64,000 bases of DNA from sequence record PZ445488.1; one strand, written 5' to 3'. Shown in pieces: positions 35,593 through 44,389 of this stretch (its first letter is position 1; every line of letters begins with the position of its first letter). Under the pieces are notes generated by a model. It saw only the letters and a program-made list of their open reading frames with translations, searched no databases and was not told the DNA's origin. Made by a program: the position numbers and the translations under genes. The DNA comes from a phage.

Positions 35593-36051
35593 CTAGATTT
35601 TAATCACTGCTTTAGAAGCTTTTCCTGGTAGTCGTTTACTGTTAATAATAGCCATTCTGCATTGAAGAGTCTTCATTTTGAATGCTGGATTTTCGCGACA
35701 GACTGTAAGTCCTAACCAAAGATTTCCATCAGTTATTTCTAAACGGCCTGGGCGATATTCGACACCTTCGACAAAATCTTCATCAACATCTGGACGTGCC
35801 GGCATTGATAAAAATTCTGCAACTTCTTTAACATGATTTTTTACTTTATGAAATAATTCAAAAACGTAATTCTCATCTATTTCTCTCTGGATGGCACGAT
35901 CTAAGAGATGTTGAGAATACTTGATATGAAAGCCTGGTAGTCCAAGAGACTTTGCAGCATCTTTTATACCGGCATTTATTTTGCGGAACTCCGTTTCAAA
36001 GATTCGACGGAGTTTATTACGGCGGATAAAAACTTCCGAATTGATAGACAT
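35593..36051 (-). CDS. regB: site-specific endoribonuclease RegB
   Basis: MSINSEVFIRRNKLRRIFETEFRKIN...YSQHLLDRAIQREIDENYVFELFHK... matches T4 RegB (about 153 aa); ATG at 36051. Confidence 0.85.
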   Translation of the reverse strand: MSINSEVFIRRNKLRRIFETEFRKINAGIKDAAKSLGLPGFHIKYSQHLLDRAIQREIDENYVFELFHKVKNHVKEVAEFLSMPARPDVDEDFVEGVEYRPGRLEITDGNLWLGLTVCRENPAFKMKTLQCRMAIINSKRLPGKASKAVIKI

Positions 36052-36079
36052 TTTGATTTCTCCTCTAGTTGACAGGTCT

Positions 36080-36108
36080 ATAGTAACACAACTAGAGGAG
36101 AAGTAAAC
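36080..36108 (-). promoter_or_regulatory. early promoter (GTTTAC, 17 bp, TACTAT) with the -10 in the loop of a 10-bp palindrome (CCTCTAGTTG/CAACTAGAGG) that also contains the regB RBS
   Basis: Minus strand reads GTTTACttctcctctagttgtgtTACTATagacctgtcaactagaggagaaatcaaaATG. Confidence 0.5.
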
Positions 36109-36112
36109 TACT

Positions 36113-36328
36113 TTATTGATAAAACGGAGTTAAAGCCCAAGATTCTTTAGATACCATATCGGTGAAATGTCTCATCTCTTCGATTTGGCGACGACGCTGG
36201 TCAGCATAATCTTCTTCACCTTCTTCCTTACAATCTTCAAGGTCTTCTTCAAGATACTTTAAGTATTCACTACAAATTTTGTTGACCTTTTCTTGAAAGT
36301 CCAATAACCCAGTAATAGTAGAAGCCAT
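36113..36328 (-). CDS. hypothetical acidic protein (71 aa)
   Basis: ORF track. Confidence 0.45.
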   Translation of the reverse strand: MASTITGLLDFQEKVNKICSEYLKYLEEDLEDCKEEGEEDYADQRRRQIEEMRHFTDMVSKESWALTPFYQ

Positions 36329-36594
36329 TAGTATTTTTCCTCAGGTCGAAATACTGCACGACACGCCCACATGCTGGCTTCTTTTAGATGTTGCTTAGCA
36401 TACTTAAGAGCCTGTACTGCATCCATATCTTCTTTGGTTTGTTGCTCTGTTTCATTTTCTTTCAAGATATAGGCTTCTTCAATCAGAGCATCAAACAACA
36501 ATCCAAGACGGACTTCTGCATCTTTAATAGCGTTCACTTTACCGATTTTATCATCGGTATGCGGCTTGTAGCCTTTGATGTCTTCAATCGACAT
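36328..36594 (-). CDS. hypothetical protein (88 aa)
   Basis: ORF track frame started at ATG 36594 (GAGGA 9 nt upstream) to resolve the overlap with the 36584..36808 ORF. Confidence 0.45.
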   Translation of the reverse strand: MSIEDIKGYKPHTDDKIGKVNAIKDAEVRLGLLFDALIEEAYILKENETEQQTKEDMDAVQALKYAKQHLKEASMWACRAVFRPEEKY

Positions 36595-36808
36595 AAGGAA
36601 TTTCCTCATCGGTGGCAAGGTCATATTCGACCAATTGGATAGGCTCATTAATACCATATCCACGTACAATGATATCAGTTGTCGGATAGTTTCCAGTAAT
36701 ATCACCCATTCTAAATGCTTCAGTGAATGATTGCTCGCCAGAGCAACTAAACCAGGCGGCAAAACATTTTAAAACATCTTCAGACCCTTCTATAATCAAT
36801 TTAGCCAT
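36584..36808 (-). CDS. hypothetical protein (74 aa)
   Basis: ORF track; start abuts the GrcA-like stop. Confidence 0.45.
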   Translation of the reverse strand: MAKLIIEGSEDVLKCFAAWFSCSGEQSFTEAFRMGDITGNYPTTDIIVRGYGINEPIQLVEYDLATDEEIPYVD

Positions 36809-37170
36809 TATAGGCTCTCAGTAAAGGTACGAGCGATAACGTCGCGCTGCTGTTCCGGAGTCAGAGAGTTAAAGCGAACTGCATAACCGGATACACGGAT
36901 GGTCAGCTGAGGATATTTTTCCGGATGCTTAACTGCATCTTCCAGAGTTTCGCGACGCAGAACGTTAACGTTCAGGTGTTGACCACCTTCAATTTTAACT
37001 TTAGGTTGATGTTCAATTTCAATTTCACGGGCATTCAAACCGTAGAAAATTTCCGGGTCTACAATAGCGTCTTCTTTAAAAGTCTTAGAGACAATAATCC
37101 GGGCTTGAGTACCGTCTTCAAAATAAATAGTGCCTTTGTGTGTGCCTTCAAGAATTTGATATGCTTTCAT
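36808..37170 (-). CDS. grcA: autonomous glycyl-radical cofactor (GrcA/YfiD-like; T4 Y06I-type)
   Basis: 120 aa; glycyl-radical motif RVSGYAVRF; the C-terminal about 60 aa ([59 protein letters not shown]) match E. coli GrcA as I remember it. Confidence 0.85.
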   Translation of the reverse strand: MKAYQILEGTHKGTIYFEDGTQARIIVSKTFKEDAIVDPEIFYGLNAREIEIEHQPKVKIEGGQHLNVNVLRRETLEDAVKHPEKYPQLTIRVSGYAVRFNSLTPEQQRDVIARTFTESL

Positions 37171-37176
37171 ATAACC

Positions 37177-37485
37177 TCAATTAGAAAATAAATTTATCCA
37201 AGTTTTTTCTTTAATCAAAAATGGGTCAGAATTAAACGCCATTAAACTTTGAGTGATTAATCCCTTAAACGGCCCATCAATAAATTCCATTTTGAAATGC
37301 GGAATACTAGTCATCAACCGTGCATTAGGAGCAGTACAAAGAACCTGCTGCCCTGCGAACGGACCTTTAGTCAAACGATATCGTTTAGGTTTAAAATGGT
37401 AAATCTCGTAATTTTCTACAAGAGCCCTTTTATTGCATACTGGGCTGTTATAACAATACTCAAAAACTTCAATAGTGGTCATCAT
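37177..37485 (-). CDS. hypothetical Cys-rich protein
   Basis: ORF track frame; start moved to ATG 37485 to remove the overlap with the upstream gene. Confidence 0.4.
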   Translation of the reverse strand: MMTTIEVFEYCYNSPVCNKRALVENYEIYHFKPKRYRLTKGPFAGQQVLCTAPNARLMTSIPHFKMEFIDGPFKGLITQSLMAFNSDPFLIKEKTWINLFSN

Positions 37486-38021
37486 TGCATTCCAATCACA
37501 AAAAATTGAGGACGAGCAATACCGCCGATGCAATATTTGCTTTTGCAACAGTGTTGGACTGTTTTAATATGGACATTGTAAATCTTATCCATATCAGGAG
37601 CTTTAATAGGCTCGTCAATTATGTACAGAATACGAGAAAGCGTTAATCCACGGAATTTAGAACCTTCATTGCCAATAAAACTACGGACAGAATCAGTAAA
37701 TAAACGGAATCGAATATCATCGCTAGAATAACGAGAAAATTCTTTTTTAATGTTGCCAGCAGAAATTTTAGCATAGGCTGAAGTATTAGAAAGAACAATA
37801 ACTGTTCCACCGTCATACAGCCAATTAACAGCAAAATTAGTTACTGCAGTCGATTTACCTGATTGTCGGCCGCCGTCTAAACGAAGTGTACAGTACTGCT
37901 TGAGTACGTCTTCAAACGGTGGGATATAACCGTTCTTACAAATTTCTTCTACTCTAGCATCAGAATGGTGTGTAAAAGCATTCATCAGGGATAGATAAGG
38001 TCCAGTTAAAAATGTTCTCAT
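37482..38021 (-). CDS. P-loop-containing protein (179 aa)
   Basis: ORF track; Walker-A-like GGRQSGKST. Confidence 0.5.
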   Translation of the reverse strand: MRTFLTGPYLSLMNAFTHHSDARVEEICKNGYIPPFEDVLKQYCTLRLDGGRQSGKSTAVTNFAVNWLYDGGTVIVLSNTSAYAKISAGNIKKEFSRYSSDDIRFRLFTDSVRSFIGNEGSKFRGLTLSRILYIIDEPIKAPDMDKIYNVHIKTVQHCCKSKYCIGGIARPQFFVIGMQ

Positions 38022-38193
38022 TTAGTTTCTCTTAAGGTTGGGGCCATTCCGTGGCACATGTTAGGTCCTTCGACTCGCTATGTAAACCCATTACCGCATT
38101 GCGCTCGACCTTATTACAGGTTGGAAAAGGTACATCACTTAGAGGACTCGACGTTCATAAGGAGAGGTTGCGTTTCCCTTTATTAGACAAGAA

Positions 38194-38523
38194 TTATACT
38201 CTAGGCTTTTGAGCTTGTTTGGTATTGGATTCCCATGCGGCTTTGGTAATTTTGTTAGCGGCATAGCCAAAGGCATTAGATAGAACACCTTTAGAGTTGA
38301 ATACATCCAATCCAATAAGTACACCTGCTGTGTTAAATTTAGGAGCAAAGTATGCATTAGTTTTAGAAAGAGCTTTTTTCAATTCAGGGTCTTGAACCAA
38401 GCCATCAAAAACGCCTTTACTATTTACTTTATATGTTACTTTGGGATTTTTACCTTCTTCGATAGCAGCTTTCTGTTCAGCAGATAATGTAACTTCAGTG
38501 ATAAATTCTTGATACATTTTCAT
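38194..38523 (-). CDS. internal-protein-like capsid-targeted protein (ipII/ipIII class)
   Basis: N-terminus MKMYQEFITE matches the T4 internal-protein capsid-targeting leader MKTYQEFIAE; adjacent to denV as in T4. Confidence 0.55.
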   Translation of the reverse strand: MKMYQEFITEVTLSAEQKAAIEEGKNPKVTYKVNSKGVFDGLVQDPELKKALSKTNAYFAPKFNTAGVLIGLDVFNSKGVLSNAFGYAANKITKAAWESNTKQAQKPRV

Positions 38524-38529
38524 TTTTCC

Positions 38530-38943
38530 TTAGTAAATTGATTTACCATAGTATTTGTACCAAGTCAGTCGTTGAGCAATTTTTTCATCTAAGCGTGCTT
38601 GACTTATCGCAATGGACGCTTCGGAAGGGACATAATTATTACGAAATTCGGCAGGGATGTCGGAAATATCCTGGACTGTCGTGTCCTTGATTTTGAAACC
38701 ACGTTTCAAGCATTCAGCGATTAGCTCGATTTGTCGTAAACGTAAAAATTCAAGTTTGTCGTAAAAGAATGTTACGTGACCTGTGCCTAAGATAAATGTT
38801 GGAGAGATTTTAAAATCCTTTACACGTTTACCGTTTTGAACATGTTTACGGACTGCACCAAATACGCGTGGTAATTCACGATACTCAGCCATAAGATGTT
38901 GGTCGGTCAGTTCAGAAACAAGTGTTAAATTGATACGGGTCAT
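38530..38943 (-). CDS. denV: endonuclease V (pyrimidine-dimer DNA glycosylase) DenV
   Basis: [35 protein letters not shown]... matches T4 DenV (138 aa) from ATG 38943; the track start 38955 is TTG. Confidence 0.9.
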   Translation of the reverse strand: MTRINLTLVSELTDQHLMAEYRELPRVFGAVRKHVQNGKRVKDFKISPTFILGTGHVTFFYDKLEFLRLRQIELIAECLKRGFKIKDTTVQDISDIPAEFRNNYVPSEASIAISQARLDEKIAQRLTWYKYYGKSIY

Positions 38944-38970
38944 AATTTCCTCCAAGTAGTTGATGAATGT

Positions 38971-39000
38971 ATAGTATCAAAGTCCTTGGAGGAAGTAAAC
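38971..39000 (-). promoter_or_regulatory. early promoter (GTTTAC, 18 bp, TACTAT) inside palindrome CCTCCAAG/CTTGGAGG that contains the denV RBS
   Basis: Minus strand reads GTTTACttcctccaaggactttgaTACTATacattcatcaactacttggaggaaattATG. Confidence 0.5.
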
Positions 39001-39001
39001 A

Positions 39002-39283
39002 CTATTTTTCTGAAGCGCCTGAAATATATTTTTCAAGACGTTGTTTCATTAACGAGCCGTTCTTAGCGATTTCTTCCGGTTTATCGCACATACGCAACAG
39101 TGCTTCAAGCTTAGCGATATCGCTGGTACGTTCAAATTTGCGAGTATCTATCTTACTGGCAAGTTCAGAAATACGTGCTAATAGACTTTCGGCTTCAACC
39201 AAAGCTGCACCTAGCTTAGTTGCAAATGTGTCAGTAGCTTCGTTAAGAATAGATTCTGATAAAAATTCACTATATGTTTTCAT
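39002..39283 (-). CDS. internal-protein-like capsid-targeted protein
   Basis: From ATG 39283: [20 protein letters not shown]...; the ATG overlaps the lysozyme stop (ATGA). Confidence 0.55.
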   Translation of the reverse strand: MKTYSEFLSESILNEATDTFATKLGAALVEAESLLARISELASKIDTRKFERTSDIAKLEALLRMCDKPEEIAKNGSLMKQRLEKYISGASEK

Positions 39284-39768
39284 ATATACGCTTTCCAAGT
39301 TCCTGTTTTAAATGTTGAGATTACGCGTTTCGCGCGATTAGGTGTCTGACGATACCATTTAGATTGGGCTAGATTTACTGCCGCTTCATCCCAACGTTTC
39401 TGTTGAAGCATACGAAGAGAATTAGTAAAACCAGCAACGCCTGCTACACCCATTTGGAAGACCATATTGACCAATGCACATCGACGAACTGCATCTAAAG
39501 AATCATATACCGGTTTAAGTTTAGCATTACCCAAGATTCCGCGAACGGCTTTATCGACGTCTTCATTAAATAGCTTTTCAGCCTCATCAAGGGTAATTGT
39601 ACCGTTGCATTTACGACCGATCATTCTGTCAAGTTCAGCTTTAGCTACGGCTAAAGACGGGTTCTTTGTTACTAAATGGCCTATGCCAATCGTCCAAAAG
39701 CCTTCAGTGTCTTTGTATAAAGTCAGTCTAAGACCTTCGTCATTACGAAGCATTTCAAATATATTCAT
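39280..39768 (-). CDS. e: lysozyme (endolysin) gene e
   Basis: 162 aa; [32 protein letters not shown]... is about 80 percent identical to T4 lysozyme by eye; ATG at 39768. Confidence 0.95.
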   Translation of the reverse strand: MNIFEMLRNDEGLRLTLYKDTEGFWTIGIGHLVTKNPSLAVAKAELDRMIGRKCNGTITLDEAEKLFNEDVDKAVRGILGNAKLKPVYDSLDAVRRCALVNMVFQMGVAGVAGFTNSLRMLQQKRWDEAAVNLAQSKWYRQTPNRAKRVISTFKTGTWKAYI

Positions 39769-39770
39769 AA

Positions 39771-39794
39771 TACCTCCTACGTTTATAGGAGGTA
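39771..39794 (-). promoter_or_regulatory. RBS-sequestering hairpin upstream of lysozyme e (UACCUCCUA-UAAACG-UAGGAGGUA)
   Basis: 9-bp perfect inverted repeat; the 3' arm on the mRNA contains AGGAGG 5 nt before the AUG; classic T4 gene e architecture. Confidence 0.55.
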
Positions 39795-39802
39795 TTTATT
39801 AC

Positions 39803-40261
39803 TTATAGGAGGGTAGTGAGCACCTTATATAATGATTTGCCCATCACATATTCCCATTGAGAAGGTTTAATTAAAGCGAATGCATCAAATTCAGGAATCT
39901 GTCGTCCGTCTGGGAATGTATGATAGGAATTACAAACACTGTTTCTGAATTGCTCGTGCTCTACAGGGATGGTATATAGGAACAGATGAATATTCTTATT
40001 GTCTGAGTAATGATGTTCACCTAGGTCTTTCAGGAAGGCAGGGTCATATTGTGTAAACCCAGTTTCTTCTTCGCATTCACGAATAGCGGCTTCAATAGGA
40101 GATTCGCCAGGTTCGACACGGCCTTTAGGAATATCCCAGCGATGAGCTAATGCACCTTTAGGACGAGAACCAGTTACACGCCCCATGAATAATTCTTTAT
40201 CTTCGGTAAGGAAAATAATACCGGCTGATAGCTCTTTCACTTTATTTTTCTTACTCATCAT
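39803..40261 (-). CDS. nudE: Nudix hydrolase NudE
   Basis: 152 aa; Nudix box GRVEPGESPIEAAIRECEEETG. Confidence 0.85.
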   Translation of the reverse strand: MMSKKNKVKELSAGIIFLTEDKELFMGRVTGSRPKGALAHRWDIPKGRVEPGESPIEAAIRECEEETGFTQYDPAFLKDLGEHHYSDNKNIHLFLYTIPVEHEQFRNSVCNSYHTFPDGRQIPEFDAFALIKPSQWEYVMGKSLYKVLTTLL

Positions 40262-40502
40262 CTCGGTCCCATGATTTGGCCATTAATTCGGACATAAATT
40301 CTTCAATGCGCGTTTCTTTAGATGGACTTTCACTATTAGAGACCACAAGTTTGTAATCTGCAATAGGACAGAACATATCAAGGTCCGTATTAAGGTCGTC
40401 TTTGATTTTTTCTTCTGACACATCTTTATCGTATGTGTACAGATAACTATCACATGATTCTGATTTAATGTAAATTGCTATACTCATCTCAAATTCCTGC
40501 AT
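40251..40502 (-). CDS. hypothetical acidic protein (83 aa)
   Basis: ORF track. Confidence 0.45.
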   Translation of the reverse strand: MQEFEMSIAIYIKSESCDSYLYTYDKDVSEEKIKDDLNTDLDMFCPIADYKLVVSNSESPSKETRIEEFMSELMAKSWDRDDE

Positions 40503-40975
40503 TCGGTAATAAAACGTTCAACTTCATTATTCTTGGCTTTTATCTTGTCTTTATGTTCTTGTAAACCACTTTTAATAAGATTAATAATGATGGCGGCGGT
40601 ACCGCCGCCAATGATGCCACCAACAACACTTACGATACTAGATGCTAATAAGATAGCAATAATATCAACAAAACCGAAAGAACTCACCTTAGTACTGAAA
40701 AACCATACCGACGGTACAAATATAATCCATCCTGTTATCCATTGGCACTTATTGAAAAACTTTTCAAGCTCAGCTTGAGTTGTTCGTATTACTTCATCGA
40801 TAGGTTGATATCCATTAATGTATCTGTTCACGATAATACCTGCTGGCTGGTCGATTTTAAATTCTTGGCAAATACGTTTCACTAAGTAGGATGGACATCC
40901 TGTCCAATCCACTGAATAGTACGAAATACCTTCGTTGCCATCGTCTATATTAGACCAATATGTTTTGTTAATCAT
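40484..40975 (-). CDS. membrane protein (163 aa)
   Basis: ORF track; two C-terminal hydrophobic segments. Confidence 0.5.
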   Translation of the reverse strand: MINKTYWSNIDDGNEGISYYSVDWTGCPSYLVKRICQEFKIDQPAGIIVNRYINGYQPIDEVIRTTQAELEKFFNKCQWITGWIIFVPSVWFFSTKVSSFGFVDIIAILLASSIVSVVGGIIGGGTAAIIINLIKSGLQEHKDKIKAKNNEVERFITECRNLR

Positions 40976-41661
40976 TACCAGCCTTCCATAGGGAATTCCA
41001 GATAAACTTGAGCATTGACACGAATTTCATTGGTAATCTTTTTAACTCGGTCTGTATTACGAGATACACGTCCGAACCAACGCCATCCGTTACTAGTTGC
41101 ACGAGAACCAGTGTGCCATGTTTGCCAATCAAACTGAAGAAGAGTACGATCTGGAGCTTCCCATTTCTCTAGTTCGCCTTTTTCGATTTTTTCGAGGACT
41201 TCTTTGTGCCACTGGCGATAGATAAGTTCGCCATCAGGAATCTGACTGAACTCTGCAGTTCCTGTTGCAAAATGAGTAGGACACACATCAGCGTTAACAA
41301 GACCAAGAATATGTTCAGACAAATAGCGAGGATTGTCATAGTCAGGTTGTCCTGCAGTAATAAAATGTTGACCAACCGGAATATCCGGGCGTGGTACGTC
41401 ATCATGGTGATAACCAGGAATAGCAGGATACCAACCAGGCATCAGCATATGGACTCGTGAATCAAATACTACATCTGAGTCTTTCCAATCGTCAGGGAGA
41501 TTTTGGATAAAGCTACGAGTAATTGGACCGCCGTTATCAAAAGCAAAATTCAAATCGCAATTAAAGAACATAGGCTCGTTTTTAATCTGGTCATTTTTAA
41601 TCGCATGAGCAAAACCACCTACTGCACGAGCTTGACTATTAAACACTTTAGAACTATTCAT
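40975..41661 (-). CDS. hypothetical protein (228 aa), His-rich motifs
   Basis: ORF track; function not assigned. Confidence 0.55.
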   Translation of the reverse strand: MNSSKVFNSQARAVGGFAHAIKNDQIKNEPMFFNCDLNFAFDNGGPITRSFIQNLPDDWKDSDVVFDSRVHMLMPGWYPAIPGYHHDDVPRPDIPVGQHFITAGQPDYDNPRYLSEHILGLVNADVCPTHFATGTAEFSQIPDGELIYRQWHKEVLEKIEKGELEKWEAPDRTLLQFDWQTWHTGSRATSNGWRWFGRVSRNTDRVKKITNEIRVNAQVYLEFPMEGW

Positions 41662-41662
41662 A

Positions 41663-41968
41663 TTATTTTCCTCGACATTCTTTAATGAAATTTTCTAGAT
41701 TGGTAGATTCAATAGCTTTTTTACGAGCTTCTGCGTGTTCTTCTTCAGACAATTTACATTTATAATTGACCCAGACGTTATGGTCGAAACTAGTCGTGGC
41801 ATATAATAACAATGCTCCAACGAATAGCAAAAACGGCGATAAGAATACAAAACCAGGAACACCATCCATACTGTAAGCCTTTTGTAATACTGCAACAGAA
41901 AGAGCTGCGTAAAAAAGTGATACAAATATTGTTAAAAGACCAATTCGGTTGGTTTCGCCTAATTTCAT
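41663..41968 (-). CDS. membrane protein (101 aa)
   Basis: ORF track; ATG at 41968 with GAGGAGAA RBS. Confidence 0.5.
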   Translation of the reverse strand: MKLGETNRIGLLTIFVSLFYAALSVAVLQKAYSMDGVPGFVFLSPFLLFVGALLLYATTSFDHNVWVNYKCKLSEEEHAEARKKAIESTNLENFIKECRGK

Positions 41969-41997
41969 AATATTCTCCTCATGTTTTAATAGGACTA

Positions 41998-42026
41998 CTA
42001 TAACATAGTCCTATCAGTTTGTACAC
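41998..42026 (-). promoter_or_regulatory. early promoter (GTGTAC, 17 bp, TTATAG) within palindrome ATAGGACTA/TAGTCCTAT
   Basis: Minus strand reads GTGTACaaactgataggactatgTTATAGtagtcctat. Confidence 0.45.
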
Positions 42027-42227
42027 TTATTTTGACATTTCTTCGATGTCACGACGATACCCATCACGAACTTCACGAAGAGCTTCAAGGCCACACATAG
42101 GCTCGATACCAGTAATGTGAACTTGATTAATCTGATACTCTACATCTTCTAACTGAGCGAAAACATAACGACGTTCTGCTGCACAACCAGGTTTAGCTTT
42201 ACCGAAACGTTTATTCAAAGTAGTCAT
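42027..42227 (-). CDS. hypothetical protein (66 aa)
   Basis: ORF track frame from ATG 42227 (GGAG RBS). Confidence 0.45.
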   Translation of the reverse strand: MTTLNKRFGKAKPGCAAERRYVFAQLEDVEYQINQVHITGIEPMCGLEALREVRDGYRRDIEEMSK

Positions 42228-42265
42228 TTTTATATCTCCATTCACTCATTTGTTTTGATAGGTCT

Positions 42266-42295
42266 ATAGTATCAACAACTACAGACCTTGTAAAC
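42266..42295 (-). promoter_or_regulatory. early promoter (GTTTAC, 18 bp, TACTAT) + GACCTATC arm
   Basis: Minus strand reads GTTTACaaggtctgtagttgttgaTACTATagacctatc. Confidence 0.5.
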
Positions 42296-42307
42296 TGTTT
42301 TGTGAAA

Positions 42308-43264
42308 TTATTTGAAAGGTTTTACCATATGAAAGTTTTGTTTGAAACGCTTGACGTAATCGTCGTGTCCTAAGCTTTGGTACATACTTACTACTTTGCT
42401 ATAATTTTCCCAAGCGAACTCACGGAACCATCCTGATGTGATTGATGTACAGACCTTTTCAAGGGCCATCATAAAACTATCACGTGGATGGATTTCAAAG
42501 TTATTAGGAATCTGAGAACGTTCTAACGCTAGTACACATGATTCTTCGTATACGCCGGCCAATTTGACCATTTCTGGTAATGATTCGAACTTCTCGCGTG
42601 AGGTCATGACTTCAGAACCATCTTTCATATAAAATGTATACGCTGGACGGTCTGTTAGTGCAATGGCTTCATGAATAGTATCATGGTCATATGTATAGAT
42701 GTCATCTTTAAAGAACGCACTTTTAGAAGTGTCAAGAACTGGGTGAGCATAATTCAAGGTTTCTTTCTGGCGTTTCAGCATAATTTCAGTAAGTTCATCG
42801 TTCAGTGTAACACCTTTACCACGAAGATACTGAATATGGTTCATAGTCTTTAAAAAGAATGGATTATTTTTCTTGAAACGATGAGACATCTTAATTGCAA
42901 GACATATCTCAGGAGTTGCCCAGTAAAACCCGTTCAAACGGTCTTTAGTCAAATTTTTCTTGGCGTATTTTAAAAGGTCATAAGAAGACGTGAAATCTTC
43001 AGGAGTGAGTTCACCGACTAGTTCGCGAACGTTAGTGATAGCCGGAACGATGTATGCTTCAAAATGAGTTTCGCGTCCATTATGGAAGCATTTGAAAACT
43101 TGGACATCAGGGTTATCTTGGTGAACATATACACCCATCATTTGATTTTTGAATGCATTCCAAGAACCTTGGTCCGCAATAAAGTCCCAATCACTATTTT
43201 TAATAGCGCTAGAATCAATAAGACCGTGATAGTGAAGTGCACGAGAACCAATAACTAACATCAT
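42308..43264 (-). CDS. hypothetical protein (318 aa)
   Basis: ORF track; weak nucleotidyltransferase-like GS...DWD pattern, not called. Confidence 0.55.
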   Translation of the reverse strand: MMLVIGSRALHYHGLIDSSAIKNSDWDFIADQGSWNAFKNQMMGVYVHQDNPDVQVFKCFHNGRETHFEAYIVPAITNVRELVGELTPEDFTSSYDLLKYAKKNLTKDRLNGFYWATPEICLAIKMSHRFKKNNPFFLKTMNHIQYLRGKGVTLNDELTEIMLKRQKETLNYAHPVLDTSKSAFFKDDIYTYDHDTIHEAIALTDRPAYTFYMKDGSEVMTSREKFESLPEMVKLAGVYEESCVLALERSQIPNNFEIHPRDSFMMALEKVCTSITSGWFREFAWENYSKVVSMYQSLGHDDYVKRFKQNFHMVKPFK

Positions 43265-43292
43265 AATATTTTCCTCGGATTAATTCATTAAC

Positions 43293-43532
43293 TTAAATTT
43301 CGCGACATGCGATATTATATTCATCCCAGAGGTCGTCATGTGAAGCCTCTACCAATGGAACGATTGTGCCGTTTATGTCTTCATTATAAGGGCAAATTGT
43401 ACAGTGCGCATCTTCGAATCGGATGTCTTTGTGTTCAGATTTTTTATAACGCATATCGAATATCTTTGCAAACTTTTCACGAGTAATAGTTTTAGCAACT
43501 ACTTCGGTTCCGATACTTTCGTAATAAATCAT
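43293..43532 (-). CDS. hypothetical Cys-containing protein
   Basis: ORF track frame from ATG 43532 (GGAG 7 nt upstream); an in-frame ATG at 43544 lacks an RBS. Confidence 0.45.
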   Translation of the reverse strand: MIYYESIGTEVVAKTITREKFAKIFDMRYKKSEHKDIRFEDAHCTICPYNEDINGTIVPLVEASHDDLWDEYNIACREI

Positions 43533-43561
43533 TGTGGACTCCATTTGTTTTGATAGGACTA

Positions 43562-43590
43562 CTATAACATAGCCCTATCTTGTTGTAAAC
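43562..43590 (-). promoter_or_regulatory. early promoter (GTTTAC, 17 bp, TTATAG) within GATAGG-CTA palindrome
   Basis: Minus strand reads GTTTACaacaagatagggctatgTTATAGtagtcctatc. Confidence 0.45.
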
Positions 43591-43594
43591 TGTT

Positions 43595-43792
43595 TTAGCA
43601 AGAATAACTAGATGATACCCAGCCTTGAACAGTGATACTATTGTGGGATAATGAGATCGCGTCCTGGAGATTCAGACCTGCGTTATCTTCAATCCACAAT
43701 GTAACTTCTTCACGCTCTTCGGTTGCAATCTGGAACAGGTTTTCCAGGGCAGCTACTGCCGTACGTACAGCACAATCTAATTCACGAGACAT
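43595..43792 (-). CDS. small protein, member of a tandem paralog family (C-terminus WVSSSYSC)
   Basis: ORF track; shares its C-terminal motif with the next two ORFs. Confidence 0.4.
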   Translation of the reverse strand: MSRELDCAVRTAVAALENLFQIATEEREEVTLWIEDNAGLNLQDAISLSHNSITVQGWVSSSYSC

Positions 43793-43801
43793 ATGATTTC
43801 C

Positions 43802-44074
43802 TTAACAAGTGTGAGAAGATGCAACCCAACCACCATCTTCAAGGCTCAGGTTGTAGTCGTATTGGTAAACGTCAGCCCATTCAGCCTGGCCGTTTTTTGT
43901 ACAACGTTCAAGATCGGCTTTAAGATGTCCGGGTGAATGATAGGTTCCACCCATGCCATAAGCTGGATACAAGTTGAATGTTGTGTTTTGTTTATCAGCA
44001 ATTTCTTTGGCAGCCTCAATAGCTGCATAGATTTTTGCTACAGCTTCAGCCAGTTCGGTTTGTTCTTTAGACAT
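43802..44074 (-). CDS. small protein, tandem paralog (C-terminus WVASSHTC)
   Basis: ORF track. Confidence 0.45.
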   Translation of the reverse strand: MSKEQTELAEAVAKIYAAIEAAKEIADKQNTTFNLYPAYGMGGTYHSPGHLKADLERCTKNGQAEWADVYQYDYNLSLEDGGWVASSHTC

Positions 44075-44083
44075 AATGATTCC

Positions 44084-44389
44084 TTAGCACAACGCAGAAG
44101 ACGAAACCCAAGCACCTTCAGTAATAACGTATCCATTACCTTCACGCTTAACATCGCCGCCATTATTTTCAATTTCATCTTTCATCCACTGGGATACGAT
44201 TTCACCCTTAGGATAATAAGTACGACCGCTACCATAATCACCTACAGAAAATGATACGGCATATTGGTCTGCGATCTTTGTTGCTTCTTCTTCGATACGT
44301 TCAGCTTGATTCAGAAGTTTATAAATTGCATCTGAAGCGGATTTGGCATCATTAAACTCTGGTACTTTAATTTCAATAATCTTACTCAT
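44084..44389 (-). CDS. small protein, tandem paralog (C-terminus WVSSSALC)
   Basis: ORF track. Confidence 0.45.
   Translation of the reverse strand: MSKIIEIKVPEFNDAKSASDAIYKLLNQAERIEEEATKIADQYAVSFSVGDYGSGRTYYPKGEIVSQWMKDEIENNGGDVKREGNGYVITEGAWVSSSALC

Noticed and set aside
39771-39800. Late promoter inside the gene e hairpin (TATAAACG and AATAAATA)
   Set aside because: Neither matches the TATAAATA octamer exactly; only the hairpin is reported.
40975-41661. 2-oxoglutarate/Fe(II) oxygenase assignment for the 228-aa protein (HHDD ... H ... R pattern)
   Set aside because: The spacing of the putative HxD and distal His is atypical and no other family block was recognisable; left as hypothetical.
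42308-43264. Nucleotidyltransferase assignment for the 318-aa protein (GS...DWD)
   Set aside because: The gap between the GS and DxD elements (about 17 residues) is longer than the canonical 9-13 and there is no further support.
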